Positions 39,442 to 48,744 of a stretch of 64,000 nucleotides of DNA are shown here, piece by piece (position 1 is the first letter of the stretch; the number at the start of each line of letters is the position of its first letter). The translations under genes were made by a program, and so were the position numbers. The DNA is taken from the NCBI GenBank assembly GCA_965206645.1, contig CBDBKE010000004.1:1408001-1472000 (forward strand). The letters run 5' to 3'. The stretch comes from Terriglobia bacterium. Lineage in GTDB: Bacteria > Acidobacteriota > Terriglobia > JAJPHL01 > JAPKYU01. The notes beneath the pieces are model-generated. The model saw only the letters and a program-made list of their open reading frames with translations, did no database searches and was not told the origin of the DNA.

Positions 39442-40416
39442 TTAGTGGATGGCCACAGGATTCCCTGGCGAGCCCGTCGCCCCTTTCAAGCGCAGCGGCG
39501 CAAAGACGAAGGCGAATTCGTACACCTTGTCCCGCGCCAGGGCTGAGGTATCCAAATTCTCCAGGGTGTGGATCCCGTTTTGGGTGATCAGGATCTGGTG
39601 CGCGGGAAAGATCAAGTCAGGATCGGGATTTGGCGAAACCTCAACGCTCCAATTGTCTGCTCCGACCAGGACGATCTGCTTTTGCACAAGGAATTTGGCT
39701 GCCGAGACACCAATACCGGGCTGGCCACTGTTGTACATCTCGTTATCCACGTTCCAGTAGCTGCCAAAACCTGTGTGAATCAGCACCACGTCCCCGGGAC
39801 AAATTTCCAGGCCTTGTTGACGGAGCGCCTTTTGGAGATCCTCCGCGGTAATCTCATGCCCTTTTTCCAGCCGAGACTTCCCCTTCAGCGCGGCAATGTC
39901 GAGCAGCACACCTCGGGTGAAGAACACACCCACGTTCTCAACCCCCAGCCGGGTCAGCCCCTTGGGCGTCAGGAACTCTTCTGCCTTCAGCCCGTTGTAA
40001 AAAACACCGTCAATTCCCACGTGCCCCAGTCCGTCGAGCTGCGTGCCCACCTGGCCGATCTGCGTGGCCACAAACTCGTCGTTTCCGACGAGCCGGTTTT
40101 TTCCCACTGGCGGATCCGAGCGGGGAATGAGCAGCGTGAAAGAGCGTGTGCCGTAAAGGGGCATGCCCTCCTCGTAGACTCTGCCCAGCGAATAGACCCG
40201 GCCCCTCTTGATGAGCTGTACAGCTTCCAGAACCTTCTGGGGCGTGAGCCGGTTGGCTGCGCCCCGCTGATCGTCTTTGCCCCAAGGAGAAGAGCCCGGC
40301 TTGGGCGGCTGGGGCAAATCCTCGGCGGCCGAACGGCCGGAGAAGCCAGCGGCGAGGCAAATCGCGGCTAAAACGAAGAACACGCGCTTTGTGATGGATT
40401 GCGTGATTCGATGCAT
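39442..40416 (-). CDS. Cyclase family (kynurenine formamidase-like) protein with signal peptide
   Basis: WGKDDQRGAANRL, QVGTQLDGLGH, TRGVLLD, GDVVLIHTG, GADNW, ENL, GATGSP. AGGAGG precedes ATG 40416. Confidence 0.88.
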   Translation of the reverse strand: MHRITQSITKRVFFVLAAICLAAGFSGRSAAEDLPQPPKPGSSPWGKDDQRGAANRLTPQKVLEAVQLIKRGRVYSLGRVYEEGMPLYGTRSFTLLIPRSDPPVGKNRLVGNDEFVATQIGQVGTQLDGLGHVGIDGVFYNGLKAEEFLTPKGLTRLGVENVGVFFTRGVLLDIAALKGKSRLEKGHEITAEDLQKALRQQGLEICPGDVVLIHTGFGSYWNVDNEMYNSGQPGIGVSAAKFLVQKQIVLVGADNWSVEVSPNPDPDLIFPAHQILITQNGIHTLENLDTSALARDKVYEFAFVFAPLRLKGATGSPGNPVAIH

Positions 40417-40484
40417 TGTTACCTCCTGGTAGGCTACCTGCTGGCAGGCTGCGGTTCCTGTCCCGCAGCTGGTATGCCCGGGTG

Positions 40485-41453
40485 TTACTGAGCCCAATAG
40501 GCAGGGCCTGGCTGCTCGTGGATGAGGGTCCGTTGCAGAAACTCGATCGCCTTCCGCAACCCCTCTTCGGCCGACATCAGGCTGTCCTCATGTTCGATGC
40601 TCAGGACGAAATCGTAGCCCACCATGCGCAGATGCCCGATGATGTTGTTCCACGTCAACTGATCGTGCCCATAGCCCACGGTGCGGAAAATCCAGGAGCG
40701 GTTTAGCTCATCGGTGAGGGGTTTGGGGTCGAGAATTCCGTTGACCGAGACCACGTGGGGATGAAGACCTGAATCTTTGGCGTGAACATGATAGATGGCC
40801 TCCCGGAGTTTCAGGATCACGGCGCAGATATCGGATCCTTGCCAGAACAAATGGCTCGGGTCCAGATTCGCCCCAATGGTGGGCCCAATCGCGTCCCGCA
40901 GTTTCAGTAGCGTCTCGGCGTTGTAAACCACGCAATTGGGCACCATTTCAATCCCCACTCGAACTCCGTTTGCGTCGGCGATTTTGGCGGCTTCCCTCCA
41001 ATAGGGAATCACCTGCTCATTCCATTGCCACTCCCAGGCGCGGTAAAAATCCTCCGGCGGCAACGGGGCGGTGATCCAACTGGGCACTTGCGCCTGAGGG
41101 TCGCTGCCCGGACAGCCGCTCAAGGTGTTGACCTGCTGCACATCCAGCTTTCTGGCCAGCTGGCAGCTCTTGACGAAGTCCTCGTGATGAGGCTTGGCGA
41201 TTTTAGGGTTTGGGTGCAAAGGGTTCCCATGACAGCTCAAGGCACTGATGATAAATTTGCGGTCCGCGACAGCCTTTTTTAGCCGTTTCACAGCGGCGTC
41301 GTCGTTGACGAGCTGGTCAGTGGGGAAATGCGCAGTCGTTAGATACGCCCCGGACCCGAATTCCACCGCTTCCACTCCCAGCGACTGTAGGAAGTCCAGG
41401 GTCTGTTCCAAAGGTTGGTTGCCGAACAACAGAGTCAGCACTCCCAGTTTCAT
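40485..41453 (-). CDS. Sugar phosphate isomerase/epimerase (xylose-isomerase-like TIM barrel)
   Basis: LSCHGNPLHP, ANLDPSHLFWQG, HVHAKD, FRTVGYGH, LSIEHED. Confidence 0.9.
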   Translation of the reverse strand: MKLGVLTLLFGNQPLEQTLDFLQSLGVEAVEFGSGAYLTTAHFPTDQLVNDDAAVKRLKKAVADRKFIISALSCHGNPLHPNPKIAKPHHEDFVKSCQLARKLDVQQVNTLSGCPGSDPQAQVPSWITAPLPPEDFYRAWEWQWNEQVIPYWREAAKIADANGVRVGIEMVPNCVVYNAETLLKLRDAIGPTIGANLDPSHLFWQGSDICAVILKLREAIYHVHAKDSGLHPHVVSVNGILDPKPLTDELNRSWIFRTVGYGHDQLTWNNIIGHLRMVGYDFVLSIEHEDSLMSAEEGLRKAIEFLQRTLIHEQPGPAYWAQ

Positions 41454-41702
41454 TGAAGCCTCCGCCACTCAGTTGTAAACCGCAGCGTCTTCTACAACAG
41501 GATTGTTCCAATGTCAACACGAGCCCCGGAAGCGCCCCGTAGGCGCCCGTAAGCCCCCCGTAAGCAACGTCAGGCTGCTGCGGCAATCAGGCTCCAGGGA
41601 GGTTGCGCCCTGCGGAGGTCCGGAACTGACTGGGCTCCGCCCACAGGATGCCGATTCGCTCCGGGGAGGAGGTCTCTCCCCTGACGCCCCGCCTTTTGCG
41701 AG

Positions 41703-42758
41703 CTAGCTGGACTGGGGTTTTTCCTGCAGGACGGTCTGGAGCTGCACCACGGGTTGCTGGGTGGGCAGTGCAGTGAACGCCTTCAACTCTTGAGGTCGCC
41801 CCCGCCAGTTGTCGATCATGGCCACCTGCTGGACGCAGGAGACGGTGCACCGCGGCGCACAGGGCTTCTTGGTATGAAACTCCCGGCGCAGGTCCTCACG
41901 GCCGTATGTCTCCAGGGGAACGCCGGGATAACCGCGCTGCTGGGAGCAGTAGTGCACCAGGCCGTCCTCGCAGATGTAGAGGTAGCGCGACCCGGAGCGG
42001 CAGCGCCAGTCGTTGGGCCGTCCGTTGAGGATGTTCTGCTGGAACTTGTCGAAGCGCGCGTAGCAGCGTTTGCCCAGTCCCTTGATCCGGTGGAAAACCT
42101 CCCGCTCCAGGTCCCCCAAAGGGCGGAGCTGGCCGGAGCCATCGTGGATGATGCCCAATGTGCTGGTGAAGCCCAGCGAGACGGCGCGCCGGGCCACCAC
42201 CTCGCCGTCTTCCGGGTGGCGAATGCCGCTGCCGATCACCGAGTTGATGTTGACCCCGAATTCGGCATGCTCCGCCAGCAGTTGCAATTTCTTGTCCAGT
42301 ACCTTCAGACTTTTCTTGGAGACCTCGTCGGGATTCAGGTTGTCAATGCTGATCTGCAGGTGGTCCAGCCCAGCGCGGTTCAGTTGCTCAATGCGCTCGG
42401 CCGTCAGCAGGTATCCGTTGGTGATCAGTCCGGTCAAGACTCCATGGTTGCGAATGCGGCGGATGACCTGGTCCAGCTCCGGATGCAACAGCGGTTCGCC
42501 GCCGCTGATAGTGATGATGGTGATACCGAAGGAGGCCAGCCGGTCAATTCTCCGGTACATCTCCTGCAGGGTCACCGGCTTGGAGTGGCTGTCAAACTCG
42601 TTGCAGTAGGTGCAGGACAGGTTGCAGCGGCGGATAGGGATGATGTGGGCCAGGATCGGATGGCTAGTGAATACCAATCCCTTGGCGATCATCCACCATT
42701 CGCGAACGCGCCGGTGGGCCGCCAACGCCTTTTTCCTAAGTCGCTTCTGCCTGGTCAT
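41703..42758 (-). CDS. Radical SAM protein with Cys-rich (SPASM/twitch-like) C-terminus, function unknown
   Basis: [24 protein letters not shown]; C-terminal CRSG...GLVHYC...CAPRCTVSC. Confidence 0.88.
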   Translation of the reverse strand: MTRQKRLRKKALAAHRRVREWWMIAKGLVFTSHPILAHIIPIRRCNLSCTYCNEFDSHSKPVTLQEMYRRIDRLASFGITIITISGGEPLLHPELDQVIRRIRNHGVLTGLITNGYLLTAERIEQLNRAGLDHLQISIDNLNPDEVSKKSLKVLDKKLQLLAEHAEFGVNINSVIGSGIRHPEDGEVVARRAVSLGFTSTLGIIHDGSGQLRPLGDLEREVFHRIKGLGKRCYARFDKFQQNILNGRPNDWRCRSGSRYLYICEDGLVHYCSQQRGYPGVPLETYGREDLRREFHTKKPCAPRCTVSCVQQVAMIDNWRGRPQELKAFTALPTQQPVVQLQTVLQEKPQSS

Positions 42759-43076
42759 TTAGCCGAACGCCCCCGGCTCTTCCCCCCGAGGTGCATCGTC
42801 ACCTAGTAAATCACATTCCGGCTGCGAGATTCTAAAACAAAAGCACTTTTCTGGCGTTTTGTGCCGTCCAGCGGGCGATTTTACCACCTGAGAGGCGGTT
42901 GCCGCCCAATGCGGCGAGCGCTCCGAGAGCAGTGACGATCTAAGGAAACTCCGCAGCCTGAGGTCTCGAATTCGGGGAAAGCCCCCGGCGTTTGGTAGTC
43001 CGCTAAATCTCACCTTTAGCGCACTGCCCGGCGTTTGGATTGGCTTGACAACTCGGATTGCCTGAGCCCATCATCC

Positions 43077-43185
43077 CCTGCCAAAGCTAGGGCCTGCCAA
43101 AGTTAGGGCCTGCCAAAGTTAGGCATCAAGTGACGCAAGCCGTTCGGTACAATTGAGAGCGCAAGCTGTTCGGTACAAATGAGAG
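43077..43185. repeat. 3 x 16-bp (CCTGCCAAAGTTAGGG) plus 2 x 26-bp tandem repeats upstream of the cytochrome gene
   Basis: Units at 43077-43124 and 43134-43185. Confidence 0.88.
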
Positions 43186-43193
43186 CTAAGGAT

Positions 43194-44054
43194 ATGGCGC
43201 TGACAAACGGTGGCTTCTGTGGCCGGGCCAGAAAGCTGGTCCTGATGCAGGCAGTAGCCCTGTTTATGTTTTCGGTAACCGTGGGGGCAGCTCCGCCTAG
43301 CTCCCCGGCTGGCCCGGGAAAGGAGGTCCAAAACCCGCTTGCTGGGAACCCTGAGGCAATTCAAGTGGGCAGGGGAAATTTCCGGATGAAGTGCAGCATT
43401 TGCCATGGTGTGGAAGCGAGCGGAGGGACCCGTGGGCCGGATCTGACCAGGGGGCGCTGGACGCACGGCAGCAGCGACGCCGCCATCTTTCGAACCATCA
43501 ACGACGGTGTACCGGGTACGGAGATGCCGGGGGCCGTTTTGGCAGCGGACGAGGTCTGGGCGATCATTACGTATCTGCGGAGTTTGAGCCCTGCTTCGGC
43601 CACGCCAATTAGGGGCAATCGCGAGGCCGGCGAGCAAATCTTCTTCGGCTCCGGCGCCTGTTCCCGGTGCCACATGGTGAATGGCAAGGGAGGCCGCCTG
43701 GGTCCAGGTTTATCCCACATCTCGTCTTCGCGCGGCACCCAGTACCTCATCGAATCCATCCGTGATCCGAACAAGCAGATCACCATCCGCAACGCCGCCT
43801 GGGAGGTGACCTCAGGGTACGAGACGGTGCGCGTGGTGACCAAGGACGGCAGGCGCATCACCGGCGTGCGTCGTAACGAAGACAGCTTTTCCATCCAGCT
43901 CATGGACCAGCGTGAGGAGATTCACACGTTCTTGAAGAAAGACCTGCGGGAGGTTGCCTACGAGCAAAGATCCCTGATGCCGGAGTACACCGAGCAGCTC
44001 CTGAGCGACGAGGAGTTGCAGAACTTGCTCGCCTATCTGGATAGCTTGCGATGA
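43194..44054 (+). CDS. Diheme c-type cytochrome, copy 1
   Basis: Signal peptide; CSICH...GTEMP and CSRCH...SLMP. Confidence 0.9.
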   Translation: MALTNGGFCGRARKLVLMQAVALFMFSVTVGAAPPSSPAGPGKEVQNPLAGNPEAIQVGRGNFRMKCSICHGVEASGGTRGPDLTRGRWTHGSSDAAIFRTINDGVPGTEMPGAVLAADEVWAIITYLRSLSPASATPIRGNREAGEQIFFGSGACSRCHMVNGKGGRLGPGLSHISSSRGTQYLIESIRDPNKQITIRNAAWEVTSGYETVRVVTKDGRRITGVRRNEDSFSIQLMDQREEIHTFLKKDLREVAYEQRSLMPEYTEQLLSDEELQNLLAYLDSLR

Positions 44055-45778
44055 GGCTGAGTAGCGATAAGGAAGACGAAGAGACGAAGGAGAGGAACTT
44101 GGAGGCGAAAACCGGCTTGAAGGCATACGTTCTCTTCCTCTTCTTCCTCGGCCTGTGGCTGGCCAGCGCAGGCGCTCAGGACAGTTGGGGCCAGGTAACC
44201 TACGGGCGGCTGCTGAAGGCGGCTGACGAGCCGCACAACTGGTTGACTTACTCAGGCAACTACAGGGGTCAGCGCTACAGCTCGCTGAAACAGATTCACA
44301 CGGGCAACATCGGACATTTGGCGGTGGAGTGGGTCTTTCAGACCAGGACCCCTGACAAGTTCGAAACCACGCCCCTGGTCATCGACGGCATCATGTACCT
44401 GACCGCGCCTGAAAGTCGTGCCTATGCGCTGGATGCCCGCACTGGACGCCTCATCTGGCGCTACCAGCGCATCCTGCCCGAGAAAATTCCCCTGTGCTGC
44501 GGCACGCCCAACCGCGGGCTGGCGGCGCTGGGCGACAAGGTGTTCTTGGCCACGCTGGACGCGCACCTGGTGGCGCTGGACTCGAAAACCGGCGAGGTCG
44601 TTTGGGACGTGGAGGCCGAAGATTACCGCAAGGGATACAACTTCACAATGGCGCCGCTAGTGGTCAAGGACAAGGTAATCGTGGGAGTGTCCGGGGGAGA
44701 GTATGGAATTCGCGGCTTCATTGATGCGTACGACGCGGAGACCGGCAAGCGCGCCTGGCGCTTCTACACCATCCCTGCTCCGGGCGAGCCGGGCAACGAG
44801 ACCTGGGCGGGAGATTCCTGGAAAACGGGCGGCGCGCCAGCCTGGCTGACCGGCACCTACGATCCGGAATTGAACCTGACTTACTGGGGCACCGGCAATC
44901 CCGGGCCGGACCTTCACGGTGGAGATCGCAAGGGGGACAACCTCTACAGCGACTCTGTGGTGGCGCTGGATGCCGACACAGGAAAGCTGAAGTGGTATTT
45001 CCAGTTCACCCCGCACGACTTGCATGACTGGGATGCCACGCAAATCCCGGTGCTGCTGGACCTGGAATATCAGGGCCGGCCACGAAAGCTGCTGGCGATG
45101 GCCAATCGCAATGGCTTTTTCTACCTGCTGGACCGCGCCAACGGCAAGTTCCTGCTCGGCAAGCCGTTTGTCCGCGTGACCTGGGCCAAGGAGATTGGTC
45201 CGGATGGCCGTCCCGCCCAGCTCCCAAACACCGATCCGACTCCTGAAGGCACTTACGTCTGTCCCGGGATCATAGGGGGGACCAACTGGTTTTCTCCCTC
45301 GTTTAGTCCCCAAACCGGCTATTTCTATGTGGCCGCCCGCGAGCAGTGCGATATCTTTTTCAGCTCGCCGCAGAAGTACCAGCCGGGGCAGATGTTTTTC
45401 GGCAGCGCGTTGCAGACCAAGCCCGGCGAGAAAGGATGGGGAGCCGTGCGGGCCATCGATCCCCTGACCGGGGAGATCAAGTGGGAATTCAAACATCACT
45501 CGCCCCCCTGGGCCGGCACGCTGGCCACCGCGGGTGGATTGGTCTTCACCGGGGACCACGAGGGGTACCTGCTGGCCTTCGACGCCAAGAACGGAAAGCA
45601 TCTCTGGCACCTACAAACCGGCTCCCCTGTGATTGCTGCGCCCATGACCTACGCTCTGGACGACAAGCAATACGTTGTCATCCCCTCCGGAGGCGCCCTT
45701 TTTGCTCTGGCGCTGCCTGATGGTATCCTCGCCCCGATGGTATCCTCGCCAAAGAAAGAGAGTCCGGGGAAAAACTAG
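44051..45778 (+). CDS. PQQ-dependent dehydrogenase (methanol/ethanol family-like beta-propeller), copy 1
   Basis: WLTYSG, ETTPLV, vicinal CC..NRG, GGEYG, GNPGP, TPHDLHDWD, NRNGFFY, GGTNW. Confidence 0.9.
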   Translation: MRLSSDKEDEETKERNLEAKTGLKAYVLFLFFLGLWLASAGAQDSWGQVTYGRLLKAADEPHNWLTYSGNYRGQRYSSLKQIHTGNIGHLAVEWVFQTRTPDKFETTPLVIDGIMYLTAPESRAYALDARTGRLIWRYQRILPEKIPLCCGTPNRGLAALGDKVFLATLDAHLVALDSKTGEVVWDVEAEDYRKGYNFTMAPLVVKDKVIVGVSGGEYGIRGFIDAYDAETGKRAWRFYTIPAPGEPGNETWAGDSWKTGGAPAWLTGTYDPELNLTYWGTGNPGPDLHGGDRKGDNLYSDSVVALDADTGKLKWYFQFTPHDLHDWDATQIPVLLDLEYQGRPRKLLAMANRNGFFYLLDRANGKFLLGKPFVRVTWAKEIGPDGRPAQLPNTDPTPEGTYVCPGIIGGTNWFSPSFSPQTGYFYVAAREQCDIFFSSPQKYQPGQMFFGSALQTKPGEKGWGAVRAIDPLTGEIKWEFKHHSPPWAGTLATAGGLVFTGDHEGYLLAFDAKNGKHLWHLQTGSPVIAAPMTYALDDKQYVVIPSGGALFALALPDGILAPMVSSPKKESPGKN

Positions 45779-45829
45779 GTCGCAAAGGTATGGCGCAGAT
45801 CAAGAGCTGCAGATCAGGAGCTTAAGGAT

Positions 45830-46696
45830 ATGACACTGACAGGCGGTGGCTTCTGTGGCCGGTCTGGAAACTTGGTAGCGGTGCTAGCGGTAACTCTGTT
45901 GGGCTTTTCGCTCACCGCGGGGGCGGCGCGGCCTAGCGCCCCGGCTGGCCGGGAGAAGGAGATCAAGAATCCAGTTGCCGGGAATCCCGAGACGATCGAG
46001 CAGGGCAGGATGGTGTTCCGGTTTTCTTGCAGCATTTGTCATGGTCTTGGAGCGACCGGCGGGATGCGTGGGCCGGATTTGACCCGGGGGCGATGGGCGC
46101 ACGGCGGCAGCGACGCCGCCATCTTTCGAACCATCAGCGAGGGCGTACGGGGTACAGAGATGCCAGGCAGCCAAGGGTTCCTGCTGGAGGAACAGGTCTG
46201 GTCGGTCATTGCGTATCTGCGGAGCCTAAGCGCCGCTTCGGTCTCGCCAATTGAGGGCGATCACGAGGCCGGCGAGCGGATCTTCTTTGGTTCCAGTGCT
46301 TGCGCCCGGTGCCACATGGTGAATGGTAAGGGAGGCCGCCTGGGCCCGGATTTGTCTCGCATCGGCGCTGCACGCCGTACCCAGCACCTCGCCGAATCCA
46401 TTCGCGACCCTAATAAAGAAGTCACCGTGCGCGACCCCTTAACGGGGAACGTCGCCGGGCACCAGACGGTCCGCGTCGTAACCAAGGACGGCAGACCCAT
46501 CACCGGCGTGCGCCGCAACGAAGACACCTTTTCCATCCAGCTCTTGGACCAGCGTGAGGAGATTCACATGTTCCTGAAGAAAGACCTGCGGGAGGTCATC
46601 TACGAGAAAAGATCCTTGATGCCAGAGTACACCGAACAGATCCTAAGCGACAAAGAGTTGCAGAACTTGTTAGCTTATCTGGATGGCTTGCGATGA
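45830..46696 (+). CDS. Diheme c-type cytochrome, copy 2
   Basis: CSICH and CARCH; closely similar to copy 1. Confidence 0.9.
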   Translation: MTLTGGGFCGRSGNLVAVLAVTLLGFSLTAGAARPSAPAGREKEIKNPVAGNPETIEQGRMVFRFSCSICHGLGATGGMRGPDLTRGRWAHGGSDAAIFRTISEGVRGTEMPGSQGFLLEEQVWSVIAYLRSLSAASVSPIEGDHEAGERIFFGSSACARCHMVNGKGGRLGPDLSRIGAARRTQHLAESIRDPNKEVTVRDPLTGNVAGHQTVRVVTKDGRPITGVRRNEDTFSIQLLDQREEIHMFLKKDLREVIYEKRSLMPEYTEQILSDKELQNLLAYLDGLR

Positions 46697-48402
46697 GGAC
46701 GAGCACCGACAAGGAAAACGATAAGGAAAACGAAGAGATGGGAGCGAGCAAGCTGGCAAGAAAAACCGGTCTGCGAATCTGCGTGTTTGTGGTCAGCCTG
46801 TGGCTGGCCGGTGCAGGCGCCAATAACGCCTGGGCCCAGGTCAGCTACGAGCGGCTGCTGAAGGCGGTTGAGGAGCCGCACAACTGGTTGACTTACTCAG
46901 GCGACTACAGCGGTCGGCGTTACAACCTGCTGAAGCAGATTCACACAGGCAACGTCGAGCACCTGGCGGTGCAGTGGGTCTTCCAGACCGGCGCCACGGG
47001 CAAGTTCGAGGCCACGCCCCTGGTCATTGACGGCATCATGTATTTGACCGGGCAGGGCAACCAGGCCTACGCGCTGGATGCCCGCACGGGACGCCTCATC
47101 TGGCGCTATCAGCGTACCCTGCCGGACAACCTTCTTCTTTGCTGCGGGGAGGTCAACCGCGGCCTGGCGGCGCTGGGCGACAAGGTGTTCATGGCCACGC
47201 TGGACGCGCACATCGTGGCACTGGACTCGAAAACCGGCAGCGTCATTTGGGACGTCGCGTCCGAAGACTACCGCAAGGGGTACATCTTTACGTCGGCGCC
47301 ACTGGTGGTGAAGGACAAGGTAGTCGTGGGAGTGTCCGGGGGCGAGTATGGAATTCGCGGCTTCATTGAAGCGTATGACGCCGAGACGGGGAAGCGCGCC
47401 TGGCGCTTCTACACCATCCCCGCTCCGGGCGAGCCTGGCAACGAAACCTGGGAGGGTGATTCCTGGAAAACGGGCGGCGCTCCGGCATGGCTGATCGGCA
47501 GCTACGATCCGGAGCTGAACCTGATTTACTGGGGCACGGGCAATCCTGGGCCCGTCCTTTACGGTGGAGATCGCGAGGGAGACAACCTCTACAGCGACTG
47601 TGTGGTGGCGCTGGATGCCGATACGGGAAAGCTGAAGTGGTATTTCCAGTTCACCCCGCACGACGTGCACGACTGGGATGCCGGACAAATCCCGGTGCTG
47701 CTGGACCTGGAATATCAGGGCCGGCCACGAAAGCTGCTGGCGTGGGCCAATCGCAATGGCTTTTTCTACCTGCTGGACCGCACCAACGGACAATTCCTGT
47801 TCGCCAAGGCGTTTGTCAAAGTGACCTGGGCCAAGGAGATTGGTCCGGACGGCCGTCCCGTCCTGCTCCCGAACAGCGACCCGACCCCGGAAGGCAATTA
47901 CATCTGTCCCGGGCTGGCGGGGGGCACCAACTGGATGTCTCCCTCGTTTCACCCGCAAACCGGCTATCTCTATGTGCCCACCCACGAGGATTGCCAAACC
48001 TATTTCAGCTCGCCGCAGAAGTACCAGCAAGGGCAGTGGTTTTTCGGGAGCACGTTCCAGGCCAAACCCGGCGACGAATCCTGGGGAGCCTTGCGTGCCA
48101 TTGATCCGCTGAGCGGGGAAATCAAGTGGGAATTCAAGCACCACTCGCCCTCTTGGGCCGGTACGCTGGCCACCGCGGGCGGATTGGTCTTCGCCGGGGA
48201 CCACGAGGGATACCTGCTGGCCTTCGACGCCAAGAGCGGCAAGCACCTCTGGAACTTGCAGACCGGCTCCCCGTTGGCGGCAGGGCCGATGACTTACGCG
48301 CTGGACGGCAAGCAGTACGTCGTCATCGGCGCGGGAAGCGCCCTTTTCGCTGTCGCCTTGCCTGATGGCATCGTCGCCAAAGAAGGTTCGGGAAAACACT
48401 AA
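46693..48402 (+). CDS. PQQ-dependent dehydrogenase, copy 2
   Basis: Same motifs as copy 1 (CC..NRG, GGEYG, GNP, TPHDVHDWD). Confidence 0.9.
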   Translation: MRTSTDKENDKENEEMGASKLARKTGLRICVFVVSLWLAGAGANNAWAQVSYERLLKAVEEPHNWLTYSGDYSGRRYNLLKQIHTGNVEHLAVQWVFQTGATGKFEATPLVIDGIMYLTGQGNQAYALDARTGRLIWRYQRTLPDNLLLCCGEVNRGLAALGDKVFMATLDAHIVALDSKTGSVIWDVASEDYRKGYIFTSAPLVVKDKVVVGVSGGEYGIRGFIEAYDAETGKRAWRFYTIPAPGEPGNETWEGDSWKTGGAPAWLIGSYDPELNLIYWGTGNPGPVLYGGDREGDNLYSDCVVALDADTGKLKWYFQFTPHDVHDWDAGQIPVLLDLEYQGRPRKLLAWANRNGFFYLLDRTNGQFLFAKAFVKVTWAKEIGPDGRPVLLPNSDPTPEGNYICPGLAGGTNWMSPSFHPQTGYLYVPTHEDCQTYFSSPQKYQQGQWFFGSTFQAKPGDESWGALRAIDPLSGEIKWEFKHHSPSWAGTLATAGGLVFAGDHEGYLLAFDAKSGKHLWNLQTGSPLAAGPMTYALDGKQYVVIGAGSALFAVALPDGIVAKEGSGKH

Positions 48403-48744
48403 ACCCCGAAGGAAGGACACATCCGCAGGCACGCTTGCTTTTCGGGTGCGGGTGGTGACGGGTGGGCAGGGTCGGCTAGCTCATCGAAGCTGCGCCTCGG
48501 GTCGGATATTCCGGTTCACCATCCCCGGACGAAAAGTCATAAAGTCATACAAGAAGTTATGAAGTTATATAGTTGGCCACTGGTTGAGCGTTTCTTTGTT
48601 ATACTGGGGCGGTTCTTATATATACTCCCCCCGCTTGCACTCGACCGCAGCCTGATGGTTCCGCAGGACGGTTGAGCTTCGGCATGAGTCAAGCAATAGT
48701 TGTGATTCTCCAGAGGTTGAATTGGCGAGCCACGGAAGCTTTCG

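Noticed and set aside
46897-48432. Long antisense ORFs (e.g. 428..1504, 3778..5217, 9208..10452, 46897..48432)
   Set aside because: Shadow ORFs opposite well-supported genes, typical of high-GC codon bias; no recognisable motifs.
48444-48471. Five GGG tracts (G-quadruplex-like)
   Set aside because: Plausible by chance at this GC content; no supporting context.
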